64,000 nt of DNA. It comes from Eledone cirrhosa. Its lineage: Eukaryota. The position numbers and the translations under genes are program-made. Of this stretch, positions 22,264-34,127 are shown one piece after another. The DNA lies in assembly GCA_964016885.1 (NCBI GenBank), contig OZ024743.1, positions 334,924,001-334,988,000 of the forward strand, written 5' to 3'. Numbering within the stretch: the stretch's first letter is position 1; each line of letters opens with the position of its first letter. Under the pieces are notes generated by a model that saw only the letters and a program-made list of their open reading frames with translations, did not search any database and had not been told where the DNA came from.

Positions 22264-24298
22264 TTCAAAATATTAACAAAATAGATATTCTTGTGATCAA
22301 ATATATTTTATTATACATATTTCAGCGGTACTGAGTTAACTTCAACAGTACGTGCTCATCAGATACAATAAGATGATGCATGACATACCCTGACATAGTA
22401 GATGGTTAAGATTTAGTCATGGTAGTGAGTAATATATGACAAAACTCAATATTTATATACCTTAATATTGAGAAGATAAGAAAAATATATAATACATACA
22501 ATAGAGAGGGTGCGTGTGAGACAGCTTAAAAAATACTTGGCATCAATATAACTGTTAAATAATTTAAATTACTGAAGAAAGAGGAAAGAAAAGAAAAGCA
22601 TACAGGAAGAAACAGATGAGGGGATAATATAGTTAGTAGGGGCCTAGGAAAACAAAGGAGAGTTGATTACAGAGAGAGATATAAAGAGGAATAACTTATG
22701 TTCAAGTCTTTAAACAATTATCCATATATACAATATATATCTAAACATATTTGGTTGACCGTTAATATTCAAAATATTTAATTTAAGTTAGTTCAGAGTA
22801 ATGAAAAATATTTTATGTTTTAAAAGTTAATAGGTATCTGTACTAATATTATAGTATACTATCAAATTTAATTTCTAAAATCAAATTTTATGAAATCTAA
22901 TTTAAAGGATTTACAAACACGAGAAAGAAAACATAATGTTTTTACAACCTCACGAAGGTAAACTTTACCAAACTTATTATATAATATTGACAACAGTTTA
23001 TATAATATAATTTAGAAAATAATTACAGTTATAATTTTTAAATAATTTATGATTAACAATTTGAGTGCCTAAAGGATCAACAGGCCTTATAATTAAACTT
23101 AAAAAGGTCTGAATTTTAAATTACATATATGTATTTATCAAAAAAAATACACAAAGATTATATTGTCTAAAGACTTAAGATGATACCTTTCAAATATACA
23201 TAACATAATACAATAAAGTAAATAAGTTACTAACAATATTGTTAAAAATTAATGTTTTAGATCAATTATTGTAAAAGGATCATTTAATAGATATATACTA
23301 TAACTATATAAGTCAAAACTTCATGAGTCCTAAGGATAAGGACTAGATACAAAATGAAAAGTAAAAAAATAATGAATTGTTTGCGAAACATAAAAATGCC
23401 CAATATTAAAAAATATAGTTTAAAATGCAAGAGGGTCTTATTATATAGTAGACAAAAGATACTTCTAAAATGTCCAACGAAGGTGATAGAGAGAGGAGCT
23501 AAGGATTTGAATTGCCCGAAGGTAATCTAAATTTAATTAAAATAAAATAAATTAAATTAAATTAAGTAATAATCATTATATAATTTCGAACATTAAGGAA
23601 ATATCTAACACTTATAACAATAGAGAGTCATTTGAGTATCTAAATTACTTATAAATGTAACTACGAGCATGTTATTATACTAGATAAACAAATTTCTTTA
23701 AATATATAGAGAGGGTATTATAGGTATTAGTGAAACGATATATATATAATAAATAAATAATTACAATCATTATTAGTAATGTTATAATTGTAGTTTTACC
23801 TCCAGTTCAGTGGAAAGAGAGACCAATATTTGTCGACTAGTATGGTTTGTGATATTTATACCTAAATATATATAAAACATATATATGTGCAAATCTAACT
23901 TTCTGAGTCCCAAAAACATACCCAAAATGAGTAAAATATATAAATGCATGAATGATCTACGGTTCAATTATAACCGGTAATCTTACAAGTTATATATCCA
24001 AATTATATATTTAAAACAAAGACATATATATATAAGGATCCGAATCTAAATTATAAATATCTAAAATAATCCAAAGGTGTGCATATTCATCAAGAGAACA
24101 AGTTAACAAATAATATGTTTATATACCTAAACAGGATCCATCATTCTAACATTAATTCTATCATAAGTGATTAGATAATAAAGTATTATTAAAGTTTTAT
24201 AAACTGTTATAACGTTTTAAGTACAACAATTGATAAGAGACGTCAAAAATTAAAACCTGTTTGTTCAGTGTTTTTTCCTAACTTTTTGCGAGGCTTAA
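22256..24298 (-). mobile_element. Very AT-rich degenerate PLE-like element with 3' hammerhead (22304-22370)
   Basis: Minus strand: tattgtat CTGATGA gcacgtactg ttgaagttaact cagtaccgct GAAAT ATGT ATA ataaaata. Body has no open frame and only faint RT-like remnants (~23480-23530). (TA)n on both flanks. Confidence 0.5.
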
Positions 24299-24303
24299 AT
24301 ATA

Positions 24304-24441
<138 letters not shown>

Positions 24442-24711
24442 TATATATATATAAATATATATATACATATAAGAAAATACATAAATATTATATATATACA
24501 AAAATAAAAGGTGGAAGAGGTAAACAAATAGTTGGGAATACGACAAATGATAAATAAATAAATAGATAATGGTATAAATCTTTATAGCTGATTTAGAGAA
24601 CTCAGCAAGTTCCTGGACCAAATAATCAATGAAAATAAACATTAAATCACTCTGTATGTAATTATGCATATACATACACCTATATATACACACACACACA
24701 CAACCGTACAA

Positions 24712-24749
<38 letters not shown>

Positions 24750-24751
<2 letters not shown>

Positions 24752-24800
24752 GAACAAGTATGACCCCGACGGCAGAGCTCAAGCCGTTTCGACGGCTATT
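24750..24800 (-). mobile_element. ~50 bp solo 3' terminus, same family as the 48727 palindrome
   Basis: gaccccgac.gc.gagctcaagccgtttcgacggcta is shared; (TA)n on both sides. Confidence 0.75.
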
Positions 24801-25333
24801 ATATATATATATATATATATAAATATATATAGTAATAATAATATATATACACACACTAGTATACAAAAACATATATACAAAAAGTTACGTAACCACCTTA
24901 ATAAAAATACACACACACATATAAACACACACACACATATATATACATATATATACATACAGATATATATAATTATATACACATATATATATACATATAT
25001 ATATATACATATATACACATATACACAACACATACCTACACACAGAAATAAATATCTATAAATAAAAAAGGTAGGTATGTAAAGTGTAAGGTAGAAAGTA
25101 GGGGGGAATAAGGAAAATAAATAACATACGAAAAAGTTTAAATATAAGGGGAGATAAGGGAGAAAAAGAATATAAGGGTACAGAAAGTCAGTTCAGAGAG
25201 TAATAAATATCGTAGTGGATGTAAGGCGTAAAGAGCAGAGAAGTTCAAGGTGGTTGAGTCATCGTAGGAATGTCAATCCAGTTACAGATCAGATGTAATT
25301 ACAAAATCACATCTGCTCTGTATATATAATATT

Positions 25334-25456
<123 letters not shown>

Positions 25457-25536
25457 TTGTGAATAGTGGTAGCTATGGTGCTTCCGTAGGCGGTATGCCA
25501 AAATTAGCACTCGATATTCATTAGAGTAGAGTGTAG

Positions 25537-25800
25537 ATATTATCAAGAAAACGAAAAATCAGTGATGCATCTGGACTTTGTTTATTTCGTGTTACAAATG
25601 CTTCGCCGGCATGTAGCTCGAGTCATGGTCCCTGTATGGATATGGCTGATTCTACTTCTGCGGGTTCTTTCTGAAAGAACCCGCAGAAGTAGAATCAGCC
25701 ATATCCATACAGGGACCATGACTCGAGCTACATGCCGGCGAAGCATTTGTAACACGAAATAAACAAAGTCCAGATGCATCACTAATTTTTCGTTTTCTTG

Positions 25801-25807
<7 letters not shown>
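25537..25807. repeat. 271 bp near-perfect palindrome
   Basis: 135 bp arms around a 1-nt centre (25672, tttc-t-gaaa); one mismatch seen. Confidence 0.95.
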
Positions 25808-25841
<34 letters not shown>

Positions 25842-25957
25842 ATATATATATATATACACACATATATATATATATACACATATATATATATATATGTATA
25901 TGTGTGTGTATGTGTGTGTGTGTATCTATATATTTATATGTATGTATGTGTATATGT

Positions 25958-26226
25958 ATCCCAAAAGTCAACTCAAAAGTGACACAGAGGAGACTGAGGT
26001 TAGCTGGACATGCTCACCGACATCCCGAGTTGACATTGCACTCAGTGCTCCTTTGGGAGCCCCTACATGGACACACTAGAAGAGGAAGACCAAGGTTAAC
26101 GTATGTTGATGCCCTAAGGACAGACACTGGTCTGTTGGAGACGCAGGACATGGCAGCGATAATGAAGGACAGAGACCGCTGGAGAGAACTCGTCCATGGA
26201 TCTCGGGAATTTTACCCGCCTTAGAT
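25958..26226 (+). mobile_element. RTE-group LINE 3' fragment
   Basis: [45 protein letters not shown]. Confidence 0.8.
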
Positions 26227-26536
26227 ATAGATGTATGTGTAAATGTGTGTATTGCTTACGACGTGTGTTTGTTTATTTATTTGTGCCCTTTCCTGTATCG
26301 CTGTCAACTTTATAAACAATTTTATTTTCTTAAGTCGTATATTTTTTATTTTTATGTGACAGCCTATTGCATTATATGGTTGTACATTGTTTTTTATTTT
26401 TTCTTATAATTAATTGTGTGTGCGTATGTATGTGTGTGTACATATATCTATACATGTGTGTGCGTATGTATGCGTGTATATATGTGTGTATGCATGTGTG
26501 TGTATGTACGTGTGTATATATGTATGATTATATGTG

Positions 26537-26571
<35 letters not shown>

Positions 26572-26630
26572 TTGTGTATTTATGTGTATGTGTGGATATA
26601 TATATATGTATGTGTATATATGTGTGTATG

Positions 26631-26669
<39 letters not shown>

Positions 26670-26732
26670 ATCTAATGTGTACGTTTGTATGTATATGTGT
26701 GTGTGCGTGTGTGTGTGTGCATATCTACTTTT

Positions 26733-26916
26733 ATATTTATTCTTTTTCCTTTCCTTCTTCCTTTTCCAGCCTCACTTTGATATAGATTATATTTTTGTTT
26801 TTAAAATCCACTGTCAATAAATACACCAGGATTTTTTCATTCTGATGACTGAAAGCAAATGTTGTTTGCTTTCAGGAAACCACTGGTAAATGAAATAATT
26901 ATCTTATGTTGTTTAT
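26733..26916 (+). mobile_element. PLE-type 3' end carrying a canonical hammerhead
   Basis: Ends in (TA)n; inverted partner of 22003-22190. Confidence 0.8.
26835..26895 (+). ncRNA. Type I hammerhead ribozyme, intact core
   Basis: tttcatt CTGATGA ctgaaagcaaat gtt gtttgctttcag GAAAC CACTG GTA aatgaaa: 7 bp stem I, 12 bp stem II, GUA cleavage triplet. Confidence 0.92.
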
Positions 26917-28767
26917 ATATATATATATATAGATAGATACTCTCACACATAAACACACCTGTAAATAAATAAATCTATATATATATATGTGTATGCCAAC
27001 GGATAAAAGAAACAAAATTGATCACTGCACAAATTGCGCATTGTAAATTCTGACCGAGACTAACCCAACGATTATTTTCACCGACCAAGCATGCTACAAT
27101 GTGTCTATTACTGATGGAAAGTGTATAATGATTACCACAAGAGACTATGATTATGATTTATGATAACGTTTAACACTTAAGTCTTTGATGTGTGCTTCTT
27201 TCAATCATATAATATAGTTATGTACAACAGTTGATTTTTATCTGGAAACTAATATTAAGAGAAGCAACTAATATTAGACAACTGCTAAGTATCTGGAAAC
27301 TTATAACAACAATAATAACAACAGCAACAGCAACAGCACTCCTAATAATACGAATAACAATAAACTATTTAACCTATATATATATAGTAACACCGCTATA
27401 GCAATTCATATTACAATAAAAACAAATTGTGTAGACTTTAACAAATATATTGCACATAGATTACAATCATCTTATCTCTATAGTTATATATTTAGAGACA
27501 TTGATCAGGAGTGCAATTGAATGTCAGCTATATTTATTATATATATATTATCTTCCTTTTTCTTACGAGGCAATATTTAGTCGAAGTTTAAGAAAGAACA
27601 TTAATGTTATATCACATGCAAAACGTCTGCCTATATTCCAGTATCCAACACCTTAATTATTAGAAGAAATATTAAATGATTTTATATTCTTGTTCGTTTT
27701 CTCAAATTTTCTGACAGGTTATCTTACTCTAATTCACATGTATTTGAAATAGATTTTTGTTTGGATACCTACGTCCATCCTCATCTGTTGCCATCATCTT
27801 ATAAAACACCGTTGTGCTGCATGACAGCTGTTAGATATAGTAAGTTCAGAGGGGTTGTATATGCAGTTTTCAAGGTCTCCAATTTCCTAACTACGAATGG
27901 TATTAAGGTTTCTGCGACATGTGACGAACTGATTTCGTTTGATTATCATTTTATAATCCACAGGGAGGAATTCTATGTGTTAGTTCTGGTTCTTCACAGA
28001 GAACAGTACTTTGACTTAACCTCCCGGCAGTGCTTCGACTTAGTCTCCCAGCAGTTATTCGGTTTAACTTCTCAGTAGTGGTATCTCCCAAAGCACATTT
28101 AAAAATCAGAGTTTATAGTGTTCTGTCTATGATTCTAATACAGTCAATCTATTCTGTCAACCAGTGCTAAAACAAATTCATCAAATAGAACATCTACTGT
28201 GAAATAGATCAGCAGCATATTGTGTACACCAGTAAGATATTTGGGCAGGTCTTTCGTTTTGTTTGCACAACACTACTGTGAACATATAATATTGTTGATG
28301 AACCAAGATTAATATCAACGGTATTCAAAGCAAATTCCAGCCACTTTAAGCCCACTCCGATGTTAGGGGTAGGAAGGATTGGAAGAACTGCCTAGTCTTA
28401 TGTATAAGGAGGGGCTTGAAACAATACGAGCAATGAGATGAAGACAGATGAAAAAAATGTGGAGGAGAAAGGAAACCAGACTGGTCGGAGAAGCAGACCA
28501 TAGTGGTCGAAATTACATAGAGGCTGAAGTATGTTTGTGGGTGACGTTATGTCGATTAGTGCCTTTACGTGAAATTTGGACTAGAATATATGAGCAGCAG
28601 TAGCACCATCGTAAATATAGAACCGGCACTTCACTGTGTTTTCCACTGAGTTTAGTTGAAAACCTCTAATTGATGGAGCTTAAAGTATTTTAACGCCTCG
28701 AAGAGAATGGTAAATATTTGAAATGTGCTTCTATCTGTGGTAAGGATGGGCAGTCAACATTAAATAA

Positions 28768-29118
28768 ATATATACATACATTACATAAATACATACATTA
28801 CATTCATACATGCATACATACATACATACATACATTACATACATACATACATACATTACATAAATACATACATTACATACATTACATAAATACATACATT
28901 ACATACATTACATAAATACATACATTACATACATTACATAAATCCAGAGATAGATACATGCATACATACATTACATACATACATAAATACATACATTACA
29001 TACATACATTACATACATACATACATTACATACATATATACATTACATAAATACATACATACATACATTACATAAATACATACATACATACATTACATAA
29101 ATTCATTACATACATACA
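28768..29118. repeat. Compound (TACA)n/(TACAT)n microsatellite
   Basis: Directly visible; abuts the 3' end of the RTE-derived element. Confidence 0.9.
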
Positions 29119-29712
29119 TGGTGGCTGCCAACTCGTTTTCGAGTACGGCCACTACTTTATATCCATCTAGAACCCCTACCGATGCGCTGAACGAGTGTGA
29201 CTTTTAGTCCAGCCAACGACTTGAAAACTCTGGTACAAACACTACACTTGTGACAATTATTGACACATAGTGCTGGGCCCATGGTAACATGTGACGACAA
29301 GTGCAGAGAGATCTCCAGATATAAAGCAATGCCTGTGCCGTGAAGCTTTTATAGTGAGCAAAGGCACTGCACAAAGCCAGTCCCACTCTCTTAACCAAGA
29401 TGATATTTACCAAAAAGAAGAACAAGTGAACATCATTGGATACCATCAGAGCTGCAGGTGTTATATCAGAGTTTTCCTTCTCCTGGAATTCTGCATTGAC
29501 AAAGGCTAAGGAGTCATCTCTCCCGGTGATTTTGGATGGCCATTGACTCTTAAGAGCTCCTTTGCCCTTTGACAGGTTTTGTTTTTAGTCCTGCAGGATG
29601 TCCAAAGTCACCCTCCTCACCAAGAAACCTTGGTTGGGTTGCCAGTTTAGTCGCCAACGACCCGACCATGAGACAGGGTGTACTGGGATACATGTTACCA
29701 GTAGCACCAACA
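29117..29712 (-). mobile_element. Non-autonomous RTE derivative (5' UTR fused to last zinc finger and 3' terminus)
   Basis: RTE-type 5' UTR motif ggagaaggaaaactctgatataacacct; CSVCTRVFKSLAGLKSHTRSAH; 3' end ggccgtactcgaaaacgagttggcagccacc(atgt)n. Confidence 0.7.
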
Positions 29713-29741
29713 TGTAAGCATACTTACATACATACATACAT

Positions 29742-29831
29742 ACATGATGATGGCTGCCCCCTCGTTATCGAGTATGGCCATTGCACGGGAAGAAAAAAAA
29801 AAATTATAAATAAAAAAAAAGAAGAAAAAAG

Positions 29832-29904
<73 letters not shown>

Positions 29905-30070
29905 CATACATATATACATACATACACATACACACACACATACACACACACACATACATTAATAACAATAATAATAATAATAATAATAATAGCAATAATA
30001 ATAATAACGACAACAACAATAATAATATACATATTCATATATATATACACACACACGCACGCACATAAGC

Positions 30071-30114
<44 letters not shown>

Positions 30115-31711
30115 TAACAACTAACAGTGCTGCGATCGAATGTGGCTTTTTAGCCCAGCCAATGATCTACAATGCCTTGCACAGAGTCGGCAACCAAAAC
30201 ATTCACTGGGAATAGTCGGCTGTGGTTGGAATTCGTGTACTTTTGCATGTCGCTTGAGCCCTCCTGCTGATTTTCATTCTCTACCACATGTTTGGCAAGC
30301 ATGATGAGTAGCATCTCCAACAACAGCCTGGTAGTCAACCACTGGTCTTACTTTATGACTGCGAAGATGACTTTCGAGTCCAGCTTTGCTTAGGCAGAGT
30401 CTCGCACAGACGCTGCATGTCAGCACCATAGGAGGACCCTCGCCGTCTGGAAGTGCAACAGCAATGCCCTTCCTCACATCCCGCTATACTATCTCGTGTG
30501 CGATTCGAGATGCCTCAAAGGCAACTTTTCCCTCATATACAGTCTTTCTCCATTTATTACGATCAGCAGCAATATTTTCCCATGTATCAGCAGCGATGTT
30601 AGCGTCTTTCAGAGAGGCTTTCAAGGAATCCTTATACCTCTTTTTTGGTTTATGTGGCGGTCGTTTTCCTTTAACCAACTCTCCATAGAAGAGTTGTTTT
30701 GGTATTCTAGAATCCTTCATCCTGGCAAGGTGACCACTCCAACGGAGTCGTTGCTTAAGCACAAGAGCTTCTATACTGTCACACATAGAGCTTTCCAAAA
30801 TCTCGACATCACTGATGTGGTCCCTCCAGTGAACGCCATGGATCCATCTGAGACACATCTGATGGAAACGCTCCAATTGCTTAAGGTGGTGTTGATATGT
30901 GACCCAGGTCTCGCAAGCATAAAGAAGACAAGCGAGTACACATGCCCTGTACACCTTTACCTTTGACCTCCTGCATATGCCTCGCCGACCCCAGAGTCGC
31001 CTTTCTAGCTTTCCGAAAGCATCACTTGCTTTCCTAATCCTAATCCTAAGTGAGATTTCACTGTCAAGGTTGCCGTATCGATTGACAGTGCTTCCCAGGT
31101 AGACAAACTGATCAACCACTTCAAGTCGTTTGCCATACACATAGATGTTTGGTTCAGTGTACTGCTTACTAGGGGCAGGTTGGTACATGACGACGGTTTT
31201 CTTGAGACTGACAGTCAAACCCAGGGCAGTGCAAGCGTCAGAAAATGCATTCAAAATGTGCTGCATATCACTCTCTGTGTGCGCTACAATATCGCAATCA
31301 TCTGCATACAAGAGGTCTCTTATGATTGATGTAAATACTTTTGTCTTTGCAGCAAAGCGCCTGATGTTAAATATGCTGCCTGAGGTTCGATATCGGATGT
31401 AAACACCATGCTCGCAATTCCTGAATGTAATACAGAAAACCATTGCAAAGTATATTGCAAACAGGGTCGGTGCTGGAATATCCCCCTGTTTCACTCCATT
31501 TTTTACTGAGATAGGCTCCGACATGTTACCTCCGACATTAACCCAAGCCTTCATGTCGTCATGGAAAGACCTAACTAAAGCAAGGAACTTATCAGGGCAA
31601 CCAAGTTTCTGGAGAACCTTCCATAATGCATCTCTGTTGACAGTATCGAAAGCCTTTGTCAGATCGACAAAAACCTGATACAAATCCAAGCCTTGTTCAA
31701 TGCACTTCTCC
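29742..31711 (-). mobile_element. 5'-truncated RTE LINE (RT + three C2H2 fingers); 3' UTR interrupted by microsatellites
   Basis: FVDLTKAFDTVNR, GVKQGDIPAPTLF, LLYADD, FVYLGS, LLYACETW, LRWSGHLARM, PKQLFYGEL; 3' terminus at 29742-29790. Confidence 0.92.
30121..31689 (-). pseudogene. RTE RT ORF continuing in frame through two stops into three C2H2 zinc fingers
   Basis: Stops at 30484 and 30274; fingers CSVC..HLRSH, CQTC..RHAKVH and CRLC..HIRSQH; final TAG at 30121. Confidence 0.88.
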
Positions 31712-31812
31712 TACATACATACATACACACATACATACATACATACATACATACATACATACATACATACATACATACATACATACATACATACATACAT
31801 ACATACACACAT
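31712..31812. repeat. (TACA)n microsatellite
   Basis: Directly visible; abuts the truncated 5' end of the RTE. Confidence 0.92.
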
Positions 31813-31974
31813 ACATATCTGCATCCATGTATACATACACACTGGCTTGCATGTATCAAAATTTGTGAATTTCTTGTTTTAAAGGTGAGAAACAGAATGT
31901 CAGACAAAAACTAACGAAATTAATTGGTGGTACTGAGTGTGAAAGAGATGGAGGCAATGACAGTGGAAGTTAGG

Positions 31975-32300
31975 AAGTTAGGTGGTGGCGGTGATGGTGG
32001 TGGATGTGATTGTAGCGTTGATGGAGGCGATGGTAGTGGTGGCGGCGATAGCGGTGGTGGCGGCGATGGCGGTCGATGTGTCGTTGATGGAGGCGGTGGT
32101 CGTGGTGGCGGAAGTGGTGGTGGGGGCGGCGGTCATGGCGGCAGTGGTAGTTGTGGCGGTGATAGTTGTGCCGGTGGTGGTAGATGTGGCGGTGGTGGTC
32201 GATATGGTTTTGGTGGTGGTGGTGATCGTGGTTTTGGTGGTGGTGGTTTCGGCGGTGGCTGTGGTGTTGGTGGGGGTTGCAGTAGTGGTGGTGATGAGTA
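31975..32300. repeat. (GGT/GGC)n degenerate trinucleotide repeat
   Basis: Low complexity, open in three frames. Confidence 0.85.
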
Positions 32301-32658
32301 GGGTTGGGATGTATTATTGGGAATACAGTGATTATTTTCAAATCATTATCCGTTAATTGATAGCCGCAGTTTGATATCTGCTCACATTCTGTTCAAACAC
32401 TCTGCAATCATCATCATATTTCTACACACACAAGGTCACCGATTGATAAAAAATATTACATTGAATCATCTGCGTATCTATATATCTACGTATCTACGTA
32501 TCTATATATCTAGCTGTCTATCTAACTATATATATATAAATAATATAATTTATATGTTCTGGCTTGTTAATTTATTAACCCGCCATAAAACCACATTGGC
32601 ATACGGTTGAATAAAACTTGTCTCCCTATATTTATTTTTTACACGTAGGAATTCATAC

Positions 32659-32727
<69 letters not shown>

Positions 32728-32875
32728 GGGTGGTGGATTGGCAGTATCGGTAGAGAGTCGGACACCATGCTTTGAAGCATAGAGTTACGTCCCTTTATGA
32801 TCTTCGTTCAAATCCCGCCGGGGTTAACTTTTCCTTTCATCCTTACGGGGTCGATAAACTGGTACTTAAAAAAAA
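32728..32875 (+). mobile_element. tRNA-derived SINE, 3'-truncated, ending in an A-run
   Basis: gggtggtggattggcagtatcggtag...gttcaaatcccgccg...cctttcatccttacggggtcgataaa. Confidence 0.85.
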
Positions 32876-33497
32876 GGTTTGTCTGTGTGTTTACATACAG
32901 AATAGCTGGATACTCACAGTAAAGTAACCAGTGAAAGACTTGGTACATCTACATATGTATACGTGTTTGTATTCATATGCATACTAGTATTTCAGTATGC
33001 ATATGTAGATGTACATTTTTTAACTTAATTGTTTAAGCGTCAGTCATACAAAAGTGAGTTACAAACGAAACGAAATTTAATTTCGTTTCGTTATTTGTTT
33101 TTATCGTCTCCGTTGAACCGGTACGTACTCACACTCTATGCAAATTAGTCTGCTCACTACTAATTTTCATAGAAAAAGCATATAACGATATGTGCTTTTA
33201 CGATTCTCCAGAAAGGCCGGTAGATAGGTAAATATTGCTGATGAGTTGTAACAACAACGAAACTAGTTCAATATTCCTTGTCTGGCTTTCTGGAGAATAG
33301 AGGAAAGGTGTTTCCTCAAAAACCAGTATGACTCTAAAAACCGGTTTGTCTGTGTGTTTACATACAGAATAGCTGGATACTCACAGTAAAGTAACCAGTG
33401 AAAGACTTGGTACATCTACATATGTATACGTGTGTGTATTCATATGCATACTAGTATTTCAGTATGCATATGTAGATGTACATTTTTTAACTTAATT
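32876..33497 (+). mobile_element. Retrozyme-like non-coding tandem unit, family A1 (467 bp period, ~1.3 copies)
   Basis: 32876-33030 recurs at 33343-33497; one hammerhead; ends in (TA)n. Confidence 0.8.
33231..33275 (+). ncRNA. Type I hammerhead ribozyme (family A1)
   Basis: aatattg CTGATGA gttg taacaa caac GAAAC TA GTT caatatt; outer stem attctccagaaaggccgg (33203) / ctggctttctggagaat (to 33298). Confidence 0.93.
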
Positions 33498-33661
33498 ATA
33501 TATATATATATATATATATACTTAGGTTAATAGGAGTTAGGTATTGTATACCCGTGTCCCATTAAGGTATTGGCAGCATAATAATTAGCTCTATGCTTTG
33601 GAGCAGAGCCGTATATATGAAAAAGAACACAAGAGCGTCTACAACATCAACAGATTTTTAT

Positions 33662-33710
33662 TGGCTTACAATGTTTCTTCCTTACGTAACCGTAGGATTC
33701 GTCAGAGCTA
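33662..33710 (-). ncRNA. Hammerhead motif in a PLE-type 3' end (33521-33860)
   Basis: Minus strand: tagct CTGACGA atcctacg gtta cgtaaggaa GAAAC ATT GTA agcca. Confidence 0.82.
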
Positions 33711-33935
33711 TAAAAGGGGTTTGATTGGTGTTATGTACTCTACCAACCAAATATTAAAGAACAAAGAGTAAAGAGAGTAAAGAGCAAAAGTGGGTGACGA
33801 TAAGTCTAATTTGGGTGAGGGAGGGTGGGGTGTGGGTCCTTGTTTTTGGAGGCTGTCTGGACAGACAGCCTCCAAAAATAATGGTCGCTTCTAATAGGGT
33901 ACGTCAAAATTATTTATAAAACTGTTTATATATTG

Positions 33936-34000
33936 TATTTTATCTGACGAAGGCATGCCATATTTTAATTTGGTATCCCTGAAATATGTATAATAAAATA
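33936..34000 (+). ncRNA. Hammerhead motif in a PLE-type 3' end (33879-34130)
   Basis: tattttat CTGACGA aggcatgcca..tggtatccct GAAAT ATGT ATA ataaaata. Confidence 0.85.
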
Positions 34001-34127
34001 AATATGGTTTTATAAATATAGTTTCCATTTATTTAATATCGTATATCTACTCCAAAAACTTGTCGAGTGCTTTATATCAGTTATAAAATATTTACTTCTT
34101 GTATCCCAAGAATTTTAAATAAAACTT

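Noticed and set aside
25562-25782. Identical ~65-aa peptides on both strands (also 57255/57558)
   Set aside because: A consequence of the palindromes, not genes.
31924-32356. Gly-rich, His-rich and Val-rich ORFs
   Set aside because: A degenerate (GGT)n repeat open in several frames; no splice or domain evidence.
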